A DNA stretch of 64,000 bases from assembly GCF_018977255.1 (NCBI RefSeq), contig NW_024704743.1, positions 5,892,001-5,956,000 of the forward strand, written 5' to 3'. The notes beneath the pieces were generated by a model. That model was not told the origin of the DNA. It made no database searches and was given only the letters and a program-made list of their open reading frames with translations. The stretch's first letter is position 1; every line of letters starts with the position of its first letter. This stretch comes from Callorhinchus milii (lineage: Eukaryota). Below are positions 50,001-64,000 of the stretch, piece after piece. Position numbers and translations under genes: made by a program.

Positions 50001-53000
50001 GAGAATCATGCAGGATAACAATATTTAAAATTGTTAAATATTACACTGAGCTGAGGTAAAGTGTAATTTTTTCAAAATTTACTGAATATTTTTAGTTGTT
50101 AGAAAACTAGAGATTATAGAAACAAAACTCAGATCTTTCTAAATGTGTCATAGAGTTTAATATTTGTATTTCAGAATGTATTGTTTCCTTATACAGGAGC
50201 TGCATTTATATAGAAGAACCTATTTAAACAGCACCATTTACAAGAAGCAAAATTCTTTCTGTTCTTTCTGGCGGTAAGAACCCTTCGAGTTATGATCTTC
50301 TTCAAAGCTTCACATTCTATGTTTAGCTAAAATCTCTAAATCTTGATCTTAGAAGTGACTAAATGTACATTTTGGAAATTCAATGGTTTCTGCTTTAACA
50401 AAAAATCTTAAGGTTTCTCATTATAGTGCCTATTTTTTCAATGTTTCTTCACAGAAACGTAAGGATTCTGAATTCATAATTTTCACATTGCATTGCTTCT
50501 GTGCAGGAAGCTTGTAACTGCTTTTGCAAAAGTTTCCAGTTTTTCTTGGGATACTTTGTGCATTTTGCCAGAAGCCAGCACATGAAGCCAGAAGTGGCCC
50601 AGTGTGAAATTGCTGGGGTATAACTGGTTTGGCTGGTATTTAAGAATTAAACTATCTAATCAAGTTTCTTCATTGAAATTAGCTTGGCCAATATACTGAC
50701 TATGGATATAATTAGGGTAAAATACCCATATATTTGCGTTGTAATCCTCTTGTAATTTTTGGCGTTAAGGCTCCCAAGGAAAGTTTCAATTATTTTGAAA
50801 CGTCTCAATGACAGGAAAAGGTGCCATGCCAAATGCAAAGATCATTATTATTATTTTAATGTTACAGATTTCCTAGGTTAGGAGAAATATTTTCACACCG
50901 AAATTTATTGGCATGTGGAATGCCCTACCAAGGTGATATAATCCGACTCTGTTGTGGATTTCAAGAGCGAAGTAGATGGGTGCATGAAAGACAAAGACTT
51001 GAAGAGGTTATCGGGATGGGCAGTGGGATTAATTGGACAGTTTATTCTGAAAGTCGGTTGGCTGTAAATTGCTATGATTCTAAACAAGGTTGTCTCTTTT
51101 CAGAACTCCATCCAGGTTTATGTATACCACTAGAACTAAATATTGCTATACCAAGGTTCATAGTGATGAACAGTACAAGGATCCCTATAGGTTATCTCAG
51201 AAAGAGCTGAATAATCTATATCAAGAGATTAGACGGGTAAGTCTCCAATGTCTGATTTATATGACGACTTGTGGAAAAAGCTTTCAATGTCACATACAGA
51301 GAACTATTTCCTCACCCTTTGAATAATATTTATATTCTATCTGTACCACATTTTATACTAGAAAATCAATCTATTCGAATGTCTATACTTGTAACAAACA
51401 TTGTTTAGTATATTACACGTGCACTTGCTTTAATACAAAATGATATTTGTTTAGCGCCTTTCAAATACTACAGTTGCAGTAATGTGGAGTATAAAATAAA
51501 TGAAGCTACACGGAGGTAATATCACATTCAGAATTTTCAAATGATGCAAGTTGACCCCTAGTCTGCTGAGTTACTCGTTTAAGCTGAGCCATCAATGTTC
51601 TTTTTTGGGTAGCTACATTTGGCTTCTGCCCTCATGGTAAGTAGCAGAAAATTTGGCTAGGTCACCTGGTCCTGACTCTTGCTAGAAATATGCTTATGTG
51701 GCCACTGGGTGAGGCTAATTTGTGATAGTCGTACAGTTGATTGACGCTTGCTATGCAAATGTCAGAATAACCAGTGGTGCTTCTGAATTATGATGAGTGC
51801 AAGAGAAGGAAACCCAAGAGATTTTCTTTCCCTTATCAGTGTTCTCCCATTTCCTTCCTGTAGGCATCTGATGCTTTTTTTCTGACTGGGGTGTGCTTCC
51901 ATTGGCATTACACATCATCCAGGACCTTATGCAAACATTGTTTGCATGTGAACCTCGGCAGTTTATTGTTGTTGTTGTTGTGGGGGGAAGCATTGCAGCT
52001 GAACCTATCATGAATGCCTTGTGGTATCAACAAAAATCCATAACCACTGAATCCATATAATCCTTATAGTCAGGAGCAGTAACCTGGTTGATTTTCCACA
52101 CCCTAGCCCAGGGCTCTGAAATTAATTGTAGTGCCTCTGGTAAAGTCCATTAACTGAACACTGATGAAGGATCAAATCTGGGTCTTATATGGCTCAACTA
52201 TTCACTGAATAAGTCTGCTGAGCCATCAGATAATGTATCTTGATAATTATTGACTTACTAGCTTGATATATAGTTTGAAAAATATTGTTTTATTTATAAG
52301 GTAGCTATTCAAGTTGCTTTAATAATTCAAACAATGTAATGTATTGCTCGTTACTTTATTTATGGGTAGATACATAAGCTTATTCTCTTAGTTTTACTCT
52401 CTTAAATGTTTTGCCAGCAACTGGCAGTTTCTTCGGCAGACCTCAAAGAAATTTGCGATTACTATTTTGATGGAAAAGGGAAAGCTTTCCGACCCATGAT
52501 TGTGGTACTTGTGGCAAAAGCATGTAATCTCCATCAAAGTAAGAACAGGTAAGTGAAGCAAGTCTTTTCAAAGAAGTACTACTATTGCGAGAAATGTTTA
52601 ACCAATTCTCTTCTATGCTCTCCATCCAGGTATGCAGGTTGTATGTCTGCTCATGGGCATACAGATTCCTCTGCATTTCCCAATCAGACAAATCGAATAA
52701 GGCGTAATAGAATCAGTGCCTAATCTGTTAGAATAGCAACAAATGTCATTACCTCTGTTCTCTAATTGATGGGCATGGTACCTGTGGAACTATTGAATGT
52801 TCAAAAATTCAACCTGACAGCCTCCAGATAGCAGATCAGTAATGTAGGACTTTGGTATCCTGCTGACATATGCATAATAAGCTACCGTATCAAGAATTGT
52901 TAGCCTTATATTGCAGTAATAAAAAGTGGTGAAGTGCCAGATTATAGTGATATGTGACTTACTTGGGTGCTTTATTTTTCATAGCTCCCTGTTGTTCGGT

Positions 53001-56000
53001 AAATGGTCGGCAATTTCATTGCTGCTCAACTGTGTCTCACTTCCGTTCCATGTTTTTGTGTACAAGTGCCACAAGTGGCAGTGTGTGATTAAAGTAAAAT
53101 AAATTTCCATTCTGACTGCTGCTGAAAACATGATTGTCAAATTTTAAAATGAATTTTGCTAAACATGTCTCAGAATATAATTATACAAAAGGAGAGAAAG
53201 TGAAGGCAGTACTGGAGGACTGAAGAACGGTCTATAATAGAGGGAGAGGAAAGTTCATTTATTGGTAAATACTTTTGTCTACTTTTTCTTTAGATCTTTC
53301 AGCAGACTTCTTGAGTTTGATTCCGGTGGTGATGCTTGCCATATACTAGGATTTGTGAGCTCATGATCTGGGTTGACACTCGAAGGCAGTTGTGAGGGCA
53401 TACTGCATTGTTGGCAATGCTGTCCTTTGGATAACATATTAAACTGAGGTCTTGCTTGCCCATTTTGGTAGTTCAGTTGTGTACTAAAGATTCATTAACA
53501 CTATTTCAAAGAACATCGAGTTCTTCCAATGTATTTATTGGGCCAATATTCGTCCCTCGTCTAAATTCACCAAAAACAGATGAATTGGTCACTGGAAGGT
53601 ATCTGGCACAGATTAATTTGCAAACAAACTGTTTAGCTCCTTGGCAGCAATATTTCAGCATTTGTTGTGTCCTAGGAAAATTGGTACTTTATGAAATGCT
53701 TGTTTCATTTTCCTCCCAAAGTCAAAATTAACTATGCTAAAAATGTTTTTTCTTTCCTCCATTGCACCTAGAGAACTGCTAAAGAGCCAGCATTCTGTTG
53801 GCATGATAGCAGAAATGATCCACACTGCTAGCCTTGTACATGATGATGTGATCGATGGCTCAGACACTCGGCGGGGAAAAACCACAGTTAACAAAATCTG
53901 GGGAGAGAGAAAGGTGGGTGATGCAACATCTTTAGGCATAACACTCGCGAGAAATCAACACATGCAATAAAAAATATTCTTGCAGTGTTTAATTTTATCA
54001 GCAAAACATGATGCTATCCATTACATAGTACATGTTAACAGCACCCTTTTGAATAACTGGTCTTAATTTGACATCACATCTGCTTTGTAAACTGTTCCAC
54101 ACAGAAATACTTTGCTTTTGGCTATTGAAGATGAACTAGACCATTTTAAGGGTTACAGATATATAGAAGTTTTCAGGGTCATGGATTGGCCAATTCATAC
54201 TAATTGAATTACAAAGTATGGTTTGCAAGGAGAATCGTTGTGAAACATTGGCTGGACATTGACATGGGAATTAGGAGCAGGAGTAGGCCATTTGGCCCCT
54301 CGAGCCTGCCCCACCATTCAACAAGATCATGGCTGATCTTCTAACCTAACTCCATCTGCCCGCCTTATCCCCAAATCCCTCTATCCTTTAGAAACCTATC
54401 AATTTCAGTCTTGAATATGTTCAAGGACTGAGCATCTACAGCTTTCTGGGGTAGAGAATTCCATAAATTCACTACCCTCTGAGTGAAGAAGTGTTTCTCC
54501 AACTCTGTTCGTGAGGGCTGTCCCTTAATCTTAAAACTGTGACCTCTAGTTCTAGATTCTCCTACAAGGGAAAATAGTCTCACACTGTCTACTCTGTCAA
54601 GCCCCATAAGAATCTTATATGTTTCCATAATATCACCCTAATTCTTCTATATTCTAGAGAATTTAGGCCTAGTTTACTCAACCTATCCTCATAGGTCAAC
54701 CCCCTCATCCCAGGAACTAACCTAGTGAATCTACTCCCTCTAAGGTGAGTATGTCCTTTCTTAAATAAGGAGACCAAAGCTGCACACAATATTCTAGGTG
54801 CAGTCTCACCAAGGCCCTATACAGTTGCAGCAAGACTTCCCTACTTTGGATTCAACCCTTTTGCCATAAATGCCATTAGCCTTCCTAATCGCTTGCTGTA
54901 CCTGCATACTAACTTTTTGTGACTGGTGTACAAGGACACCCAAATCCCTCTTAACACTATCTAGTCTCTCCCCTTCTAGAAAATAATCTGCTTGTCTGTG
55001 TTTACTACCTAGGTGAATAACTTCGCACTTACCCACATTATATTCCATCTGCCACCTTGCCCACTCACCTAGCCTGTTTATATCCCTTTGCAATCTTTTT
55101 GTGTCATCCTCAGAGCTTACACTCCCACCTAGTTTAGTATCATCCGCAAATTTAGATATTTTAAGTTCTATGTCCTCGTCTAGATCATTGATATAGATTA
55201 CAGAAATAGAAGTATAGATATAGAAATATAGACATTTTAATAACTTATTTTCAAGTATGGTAAGCCCACATAATTCTAAAATGTCCAAAAATACTTTAAT
55301 GGATATTTACCTTTTTGTCTTATCTTTCCCTGTTGAGATACATACTTTTATCCTTTCTTCTAATCATACCTTTCAAATCTGTTCTTCGATTTGTTTCTCT
55401 TTTCCTGTAGGACCTGAATTTTATGACCAGGATCAACTTACCACATTCATAGATCAACTGAGAGTCTGCTGGAACTCTCTTGATCTTGGGCTTTATGGGG
55501 GGGGTCAATATAATTTAAGAATATAAGAAGCGCTAGATGAAAAAAGACCAAGGTCCATCTAGTTCACTTTCCACCTTCCTGGCAGTCCAGAACTACCTAT
55601 GTACAATATTCCATGCCAGTTGGGAAGCTCTAGTGTACGTAGAATGTAAATTTAATATTTTCATATGCAGAACCATTTGCAATTAAATTAGAGCATTAAG
55701 TTGGAACAAATACATTATATTTAAACAGGTATGGTATTAAATTTAAATGATTGCACTTTTTAAATTGTTCATTTCTGCTCAGTCATGTTAATGAACATAA
55801 ATATAATAATCCTTGTGTTTGATATAGTGCCTTATCACGTCTTTGGGACGTCTCAAAAGCGCTTCACAATATACCGTAAAATGGAGAGACTGTATTTTGT
55901 GGGCAACTAATTGTGTACAGCAGTGTCCAACATTGGTCATATGGATAGTGACCAAATTTTTTTTATTATTATCCCCGTAATCTGCCAATCGACTAACATC

Positions 56001-59000
56001 AGGGTTCCTATTTACTGCTAGATAAACAGGCATGTGGAATAAGGAAACCTGCCCAGTGTTTTGTCCTGTGAAAAGTGGAAAATATCCACTTTCTAAATCA
56101 GTTTGATTAATAATACTTTATTTAGTCTTATTGATTTTGTTCAGCTCTATGCCAGGGCTAATTTATCTTTTGTCCCCCAATTAATTATCATGGGGAACAA
56201 ATCTAACTGAGTTATGGTAGTCTTTCTTCTGATTAGTTTAATTTGGTTTGGCTTGTGTTCTTCAGAACCATAAGCTTCTACTACTCATTCTCATGCAGGG
56301 AAAACCCACTGAAAGCACTCAGCTGGTACAATGTTTTAAGTGAGTCACAAAAAAAGGCCAGCTTCCAGGTCATGGGTCGCTACTGACATTACATCCTGTG
56401 CATGAGTTGATGGCATTTCCTGTACATTGTGTGCAACAGCCAGTAAATAGTGCCAGCAGAAACTGGATGACCTATAGGTCAGTGCCGGAAGCTGGGTGCA
56501 CTGTGCTTCTCGTCAGCATGGGTCCACCGGAAACCAGCACTATATCAAAGGGAGCTAGATCTAGGTTCTCCTGTGTTTTTCAGTCTGTCAGGATCCTGTT
56601 TAGGATTTACTACTCGGGGGGCCCTTTATAAGCTTAACACTTTTCTCATTTCAGTGTGATCATTTCAAAGTGAGTTATGGTACATGTCTGATTGCATCCT
56701 GCTTGCAAATCAACATCTGTGGCTTGCTTTGTACTGTCTCTTTCTAATGCCAGACTGAGTAAAAGTGACAAATCAGGTATCCACGCAATCCACTTGAGAA
56801 TGATTTTTTTATTCTGGAATCTGATCACACGATCTGGTCTAAGATAAGGTTCAAGGCCCCACACATCGGGACGTGGAGTCACACAGTCTAAGCTGACGCT
56901 CCAATGCAGCGCTGGGGGGTGTTGCATTGTTGGAGGCGCTGTCCTTTGGGTGAACCGTTAAACCTCGCTCACTCCCCGTTGTGCCCTGTTTAGGTGGGCA
57001 GAACGTGGTCAGTTGGGAACTTTTGGGTTGTGAATTGATGTTTCAGTGGGAAAACTCATTTCTGAAGATTTTAATACAGCTCCCTGTGGACCTAGGAGAT
57101 GTGAGGGGGGAGGCACATTGCTTTAAGTTTAAGTGCTCCAAGAGCGCTTTATAAATACAAGTCATTGTAAGTGTAAAATATTTTATCTGATTAGACAGCT
57201 ATAAAATACTCACTTGTAAAATGTTACACTGCACTGTTACGACAGTTTCAAGTAAGGTAGAGTAACCCAACTTCTGTCCCTCACCGAATTAGTGCTGATG
57301 TTTAACCTGCATTGATTTGATTCTTGGTCTCAATCATCAACACAAGCTGATTCCAGAATCTAATAGATAAGCTAGGCTGCAGTATACTGAACTGCGATTT
57401 TTCTGCTAAATCATTCTTTTTTTAACAAGTACATTTTTAAGTCAGTTGGTCCAGCCTTCCTTTTAACATTTTTAGGGAACTAATTCCACTTCTGGGTCTT
57501 TGATGGTATTTAAAATACCTAGAGGATTCTTGGAAACAGGTACGTGTGAATACTCAGGAGCCCTCTATGTCTGGGATTTTATTTAGAATGAATATCTTGA
57601 AGTACTTAAAAACTGCAGTCTGCTGGCTCCAGCTCGGGTGCAAATCCCTCAACTGTCCAGCACGTTGGGTTGTCCTCCCAACAATACAGTTTGTTTCTTG
57701 TTGTTGGATGGCTGCAGTATGAGGCATTGATGCCAAGCTAGGAGTCCTGTAGCTCAGTGGGCACTCGCCTCACAAGCGAGAAGCCTGGGTTCGATTCCCG
57801 GCAGGGTGAAACCTTGAGCAAGTTTCCTTACTCCATACGTCTGATAATAATCCCTCAAAAAAACATAATAAATTGGTCACTTCAATCCACGACTGTTTGT
57901 GGGACACCGCTGTGCGCAATTGGCTGCTGTGTTTTGCCCACAAATATACAGTCAATTCACTTTACAGTATATTCTGTGAAGCGCTTTGAGGCGTCCAGAA
58001 GATGTGAAAAGCGTTATATCAAATGCAAGGATTATTATTATTATAAGCTGGTCAAGAAACCTGTAAACCACAAGTAAAATGGCTAAATGATATATAGAAT
58101 TTTTTTTCACCACAGTACATCATAAACTGATTTATCATTGCAGGCTATCTTGGCTGGAGACTTTGTTCTCTCTGCAGCCTCCGTGGCCCTTGCCCGCCTT
58201 GGCAACAACACTGTAGTATCCATTTTATCTCAAGTTATTGAAGACTTGGTACGAGGTTAGTTTTAAATTGAAATGAAGCCATAAAATAATCTCAATGCTA
58301 ATTACTAAAAAAAAGTTAACTTTGTTTCTTTTTTATTAGGAGAATTTATGCAGCTGGGTTCCAAAGAAAATGAGAACGAAAGATTTGTACATTATCTTGA
58401 AAAAACGTTTAAGAAGACTGCAAGTCTAATAGCAAACAGTTGTAAAGCAGTATGTACGTTCTGTCTTGTCTAAAGTAACTGGAATTATGCTTGTATTAAT
58501 GGTAAACACTCTGTCCAACTATGACAAAACATGTATCGCATCTTGATACCAAACAATATTCCTCCCTCATGTTTTCATTTAACCGCTGAGTTTAACCAGA
58601 CCAGAGGTATTTTAAGCTTATCCTGATGATCAACGCCCTCCTGAGTTGTTTAGTTTTTTTTGCCAGAGGCAGCAAACGAACCAGCACCTTTTGCAGCCAA
58701 CAGTCTTGCCCTCCTCCTGCCTATGTAAATTAGTGCTGTGGATTTCACAGTGCTGGTCTGTCGACTTTAACACGCAGCAAATTCATACATTGCCAATCCT
58801 GTGTTTCCGCGAATGCTATAAATTGTGCCCTGCAAAGTTAACAGGAAAATCTGTAGAAACCACTTCAATTTGAAGGGTCTGCAGGATGTCACATTATAAA
58901 TTTGTTGTGAGGTGACGGTGTGAATCAGCATTTCAAAGTGCTACACATAGATATCGGATCCCAATGTTCTGTTTTCTTTTTATTACAGAAAGAGCAAGAA

Positions 59001-62000
59001 CGTTTTTCACATTTCTTCTCGTTTTTAAGTGTTTCATATATTCCACCATTTTGCATGTATTTGAGATGAGAACGAGCCTGACCACATTTGCATCTGAAAG
59101 GTGTCACAGAATGGGGGGAAAAAAAAGTGAGACTTTCCCTAATTATACAGTCCATTATTTAAAGGGAACTCGATAAATGATGGAAGAAGTAAAGCACAGG
59201 GGGAGAGTGGGATTAGAATAATAGCTACAATGGGGGAGTTGGCACCAGTACAGTCTCAGATTTTATAGTTTATACAGATTAGCAAATCCATCTGTTTGTG
59301 TGAAAGGAAAACTGCTGGAAATAATTTTAAAATCTCAGATTTTATTGGTTTAAAACGTGTACATGTACATGTATTATCTGATGAACATTCTGTGTTTTTT
59401 TTAAAGGTATCTATACTTGGCAATTGTGGTCCAGATGTCCAAGAAATTGCATACCAATATGGGAGAAATATTGGAATAGCTTTTCAGGTAATGTTTGTGT
59501 TCCAGCTCAATGTTGGCAAGACAGACACTCTCCTGCTTGGCTCCCGGCAGCGCCTTCTCACCTCAGCCGCTGCCACTATCACTATTCATGGCTGCACTCT
59601 TCACTCTCCGATCGGAAACCTCGGTGCCCTTTTCAACCCTCAGTTATCCTTCAAACTCCCCATTCGTGCCATGACCCGTTCTGCCTTTCCACACCTCTGC
59701 AACATTGGCCACCTCCACCACTGCCTCTCACTGCAGGCCGCCGAGACCCTGATCTAGGCTTGACTACACCAACTGCCTGCTCTCTGGTCTTCCCATCTCT
59801 TCCCTCCAGAAGCTGCAGATTATTCAGAACTCTGCAGCTCGTGTCCTCTCCTGCATCTGGCTCTGGGAACCTATCACCCCCGTTCTTGCCCAGCTTCACT
59901 GGCTCCCCATTCCTCAAAGAATCGAGTACAAAACCCTTGTTCTTATCTTAAGGCCCTCCACAGTCTTGCTCCCCCCTACCTCTCTGACCTCATAACCCCA
60001 TATCAGCCTGCTCGGTGGATACTGACTGGCTTGCTTCAGGTCCCCCGCACTTCCCGCCCCACCATTGGCGATCAGGCATTCAGCATCTCTACCGCCACTC
60101 TGGAACTCTATCCTGCAATCCCTTCGCCTCATCCCCTCTTTTGCCTCCAAGTCCCATCTGAAGACCTCTTCGACTGTGCCTTCTGCCACCATCCCACCCC
60201 TGCCCTTCCCTTCTGACCCCAACTCAGGTTTAAAACCCAATTGTCAGGCGCCCTGGAACGTCGCTATACAAGTGTGATTTGTTGTTGTGTTTCGTGACCA
60301 TAGCAACTTTGCATGTAGAAGACAAATCTTTTGGTCGTCTTTTGTAAAAATACTTTTATTTTCATGTAAGAATTATTACATAAGTGCAAGCTATAATCCT
60401 AAATCATGTACTTGTTTCAGTTGGTAGATGATGTGCTGGATTTCACAGCCTGTGCCAATCAGTTAGGCAAGCCAGCTGCTGCTGATCTCAAGCTTGGTTT
60501 GGCCACAGGGCCAGTGCTCTTTGCTTGTCAAAAGGTAATGTTGCCTATATATATTAGATGTGTGGAGTGTTTAATAATAATCTTTGCATTTGATTTAGCA
60601 CTTTGTCGTATCTTCGAGACATCTCAAAATGCTTCACGGAATACTGTAAAGTGAGTTGACTGTATATTTTATGAGTGAAACATAGCAGCCAATTGCAACG
60701 CAGTGTGCTCAATGGCCTGTACTGTGAAATTCTTTCTGTGATTCTAGCAAGTTTAGAGGGTGGCGAATAACTGCACACAATCCAGAGAGAAACAGATAAA
60801 ATTTGAGTGAAAACCATTTCAGATGGTTGAGTATTTTTATAACTTTGAACATACATGAACTGCAGTAGTTCATCTTGCGGTAGCCTGGCAGTACTCTCAC
60901 TGCTGAGGCAGAAGGTTGTAGGTTCAACTGCCTACTTGATGTCCCCTGCTCTATCCACCCCACCCCTAGTGGATGATTGCAGCCAAGCTGTCCGTCTGTG
61001 TGGAACTCCCTCTGCTTTGTCCCCCTCCCTCCCCACCTTTAAAGCCTGCATTAAATCTTGTTTTTTCAACTGTGCTTTTGGCCACCTTCATCCCCCTCTT
61101 CAACTTCCCTTCAGAGATGTCTGTAGTGAAAGCTGCTATATAGATCTAAATTGTTTGTGGTGTAAAGTGTGTCATCATCATGGATAAAATGCAACCCTTA
61201 GATTTACTTTCACTTTTTGGGAGATATTGTGGAAGTTTAAAATTGACCATGTTCTGTTGGGTGTCACTAATTTAGAAGCAATTGTAGGATTTCTCCCATT
61301 TGTAACAATATGTTGGGTGAAAATTCTTCAGATTCTCAGCAACCCGATGATTGTTGTATGTGAGACACTCAGTCTTTTTCTCATTCCCGGTTTGATTTCC
61401 TGAAGTACAATCTTTTCTGGGAAACTAATGATGGTCCCACTGCTGGGTTTGTAATGAGTTTGTGACAATGACTTGTCCCACCTCTCCATTCTGAATTCTT
61501 CTGTAGTTAGTGTTACAAAACTGAACACATTTTTCACCAGTCAGGGTTTCTTGCAGCTCGGGATAGAAATGGGGCAATAAACCATCTAATTCTGAAAATT
61601 AACTACAACAGTGTAGTTGGGTTGGGGAGAGTTTAGGACTACATAAACGTAAAATGGAGTGGCATTGGACTTGCCCAGCCACTTAAGTGAAATGAGTTGG
61701 GTTTAGGGAATTTGTTACATTCCCTTAGCCAGTTCATAATGAACTTGCTATTTACCAAAGTACTACATCTTGTTCCTCTAGTTTCCAGAACTGCATGCCA
61801 TGATCATGAGACGGTTCAGTTCAGATGGTGATGTGGATCGTGCCTGGCAGTATGTATTACAGGTAAAAATTTATAATCCTTGCATTTGATAGTGCTTTTC
61901 AGGTCAGGAGGGCACTTAATACAATTTATTTTAAAATGTAGGCTAAAGTTGTGATTATTTGTAGGTGAATGTGATAACCAATTAGTGGGACAATGCTATG

Positions 62001-62644
62001 CACAAACAGCCCCAACTCGCTATGAATGATTATCTGGAACATTGTTGGGCAGGACAGTGAGGAAAAACTCCTTTCTTTTTATGGGATCTTTAACTTCTAA
62101 CTGCCAGACCTTCTGAAGGACGGCATCTCTGAAAATGCAGTACCAGCCTTAATGTCAGACCAAAGGCTTAATATTAGGCTGATAACTATGGGGAAGGAAG
62201 ATACAATGTGCATACACTAATGAGAAAGTACAATTGAGTTGTCATTTGCATGATTGTTTGCCAACAATGAGCAACGGGAAAGTAAAGACTGGTTTCAATT
62301 CAGAACTTCAGCACATCTCTGGACCTGTTTTTGATTTGTAATATAAATGTATTTGCACATAAAAGCTGGAAATCAAATTAAATGCCAAAACTTTTGCTCA
62401 TTACTTTGTAATACGTCACTCCTAATTATAATAAATCTAGGCCATTTCATTTGAAGGGTTTAGATTTGGCATTAAGAATTAATTCTAAATATTTTCCCTT
62501 TAGAGTAATGGTGTTCAGCAAACCTGCTACCTCGCACAACAATACTGTCAAGAAGCCATCCGCCAGATCTCCATGCTGCATCCCTCACCAGAAAGAGATG
62601 CCTTGATTCATCTTACAGAAATTGTATTAACACGGGACAAATAA
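46539..62644 (+). CDS. PDSS1: Decaprenyl/all-trans-polyprenyl diphosphate synthase subunit 1 (CoQ side chain), 11 coding exons, 1251 nt, 416 aa
   Basis: Phase-consistent GT-AG exons. [11 protein letters not shown], first Asp-rich motif [23 protein letters not shown], second motif [27 protein letters not shown]-terminal EIVLTRDK*. Confidence 0.97.
47007..47052 (+). repeat. (CAT)n(AAT)n compound microsatellite at a SINE-tail remnant
   Basis: Read directly. Confidence 0.9.
47085..48290. mobile_element. L2-clade LINE in two oppositely oriented pieces (+ 47085-47670; - 47675-48290)
   Basis: Minus piece encodes [42 protein letters not shown]; plus piece encodes the downstream [23 protein letters not shown]. 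Confidence 0.85.
48907..49291 (+). mobile_element. tRNA-derived SINE
   Basis: Family match. Confidence 0.88.
50197..50273 (+). CDS. PDSS1: PDSS1 exon 2 (probable)
   Basis: atacag|GAG...CG|gtaaga; supplies the required phase 0>2 bridge; [25 protein letters not shown]. Confidence 0.7.
51104..51236 (+). CDS. PDSS1: PDSS1 exon 3
   Basis: ...[28 protein letters not shown]|gtaagt; an alternative in-frame acceptor is possible at 51116. Confidence 0.88.
52418..52548 (+). CDS. PDSS1: PDSS1 exon 4
   Basis: [43 protein letters not shown]. Confidence 0.96.
53772..53913 (+). CDS. PDSS1: PDSS1 exon 5 (first Asp-rich motif)
   Basis: [47 protein letters not shown]. Confidence 0.97.
54270..55197 (-). mobile_element. 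CR1-clade LINE, 5'-truncated
   Basis: [59 protein letters not shown]; 3' tail. Confidence 0.95.
57741..58043 (+). mobile_element. tRNA-derived SINE
   Basis: Family match. Confidence 0.92.
58144..58255 (+). CDS. PDSS1: PDSS1 exon 6
   Basis: [37 protein letters not shown]. Confidence 0.97.
58340..58449 (+). CDS. PDSS1: PDSS1 exon 7
   Basis: [37 protein letters not shown]. Confidence 0.97.
59407..59487 (+). CDS. PDSS1: PDSS1 exon 8
   Basis: [27 protein letters not shown]. Confidence 0.97.
59499..60288 (+). mobile_element. L2-clade LINE fragment starting about 12 nt after the PDSS1 exon 8 donor
   Basis: [18 protein letters not shown]...AAETL; tail CGCTATACAAGTGTGATTTGTTGTTG. Confidence 0.92.
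60421..60534 (+). CDS. PDSS1: PDSS1 exon 9 (second Asp-rich motif)
   Basis: [38 protein letters not shown]. Confidence 0.97.
61782..61862 (+). CDS. PDSS1: PDSS1 exon 10
   Basis: [27 protein letters not shown]. Confidence 0.97.
62504..62644 (+). CDS. PDSS1: PDSS1 exon 11 (terminal)
   Basis: [49 protein letters not shown]. Confidence 0.97.
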   Translation, partial: SNGVQQTCYLAQQYCQEAIRQISMLHPSPERDALIHLTEIVLTRDK

Positions 62645-64000
62645 GAGTACACTCCACTTTTCTACAGGCAGCTATTGACTACAAATGAAAATTATATTAA
62701 CCATTGTCAAGTCTTCAGTTTGTTTGTGAATTCCAAACAACTCGGACAACAGTGGAACTTTGTTTACATGTTTGTACTATACTATGCCTATGGAGATTCA
62801 ACATCAATTTCCCCCAAGAGGTGCTAACTCCTGCTGGTTTCTATGGGTGCCAATCCTCATCCAAGCCTGCATCAGAACCTGGACAGTGAGGCTATTTGAC
62901 CTTGAAGCAAATCACAGCAGAGTCGGTTTCCACTCATTCTCATGTATGCCTATTCCAGTAATTAACTAGAAAACAGAAGTAGAAAGCACGGCTGTACTAA
63001 CATTAACTGGAGCACCACTACTGTTGTCAGCCTGCTCAGGAATCAGTCTCCTCATTTTCTGATCTATTGCTTAGGCGACATTGGGAGTTCCTTTACCCAT
63101 TAGAAATCATGAAGATAGTTCATTGAACAACAAACAGCCCTGTCTGTCGTTCAATTTACGCAACCATGGCTTGAGTCAACTCCTGTCCAACTTAATTCAT
63201 AAAAAACATTTTATCTGAAGCGTGTGTTGATTTTATATATTGAGAATGATTTATTATAAAAGACTGTACATACAATTAACAGGTTATATACAAATTAAAG
63301 AATGCATTTTCAGTTTTAAAGTCAAAGAAAATGAAGTCTCACAATGTTAAAGCTTCTTACAATCATAAGGCAGAAGTTAATAAGAAAGCCTGTTACATGA
63401 TCTGTGGACATAACTTTTACAGATCAATTGTTGTGGAACTTTGTTGTACATAATCACACTGATAAATCAGAATAGGATTAGAGAACTAAACACAATGTAA
63501 ATCAGGTGTTGGGAATTAAAAGTTCCATCTCACCCCGAACGAGGGCACAGTGGTGGTCCCTCTGGTCCATTTTAATTTCAAAATTTCTTACAATACAGCA
63601 ATTGGATTATCAATATATGGGATTTTGTTTTCTTATTAGCTTCACCACTGAAACCTTGAATAGCAAAAAGCAATTAAACAATCTATGGAAAATACAGAGT
63701 TGAACACTGATTTAGATACCGGGGCCTTTCTGGTCATAGAATGCATTTCCAAATACAAAATGCAAGAATTATTAAACATTGAGGAATTTGGTACTGATTC
63801 CTTAACAAATCATTACATTGTCTCTCAAAAGGAAATAGGGAAGCATAGCCAAATGGCCAGTCTTGTGCTACAAGACAGAGTTGAAGGCAAACCTGGCCCA
63901 AGTTTCAGAAACAGTGACAACTATTTTTGCAGTCAAATTATCTGGATCTGAATTCATAAGGTAGAAACTGCACCATCTTCTAAAGGTTAGTAAAACTATC

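Noticed and set aside
50868..50876. 9-nt in-frame PDSS1 microexon (cag|ATTTCCTAG|gttagg)
   Set aside because: Weak donor, and it sits at the junction of a SINE tail and a CR1 remnant.

Overview
Eukaryotic (vertebrate) genomic DNA, rich in introns and retroposons. The repeats (a tRNA-head SINE with an (ATT)n tail, L2 and CR1 LINEs, Deu-domain and LF-SINE-like elements) point to a cartilaginous fish, probably a chimaera such as Callorhinchus milii; this is an inference. Three spliced genes were rebuilt by hand with phase-consistent GT-AG introns. (1) The last three coding exons of APBB1IP/RIAM (+, 352-6591). (2) A complete, intact 19-exon, 583-aa SelO/YdiU-family pseudokinase (AMPylase) paralogue (-, 44908-20804), barely visible in the ORF track. 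It ends in VSCSS (Cys, not Sec), has a signal-peptide-like N-terminus and has altered regulatory cysteines. (3) A complete 11-exon, 416-aa PDSS1 (+, 46539-62644). The SelO-like gene and PDSS1 are head-to-head across about 1.6 kb containing a CpG island and a ~625-bp polypurine 33-mer tandem array. Most other ORFs in the track are repeat-derived or spurious. Repeat boundaries are approximate.
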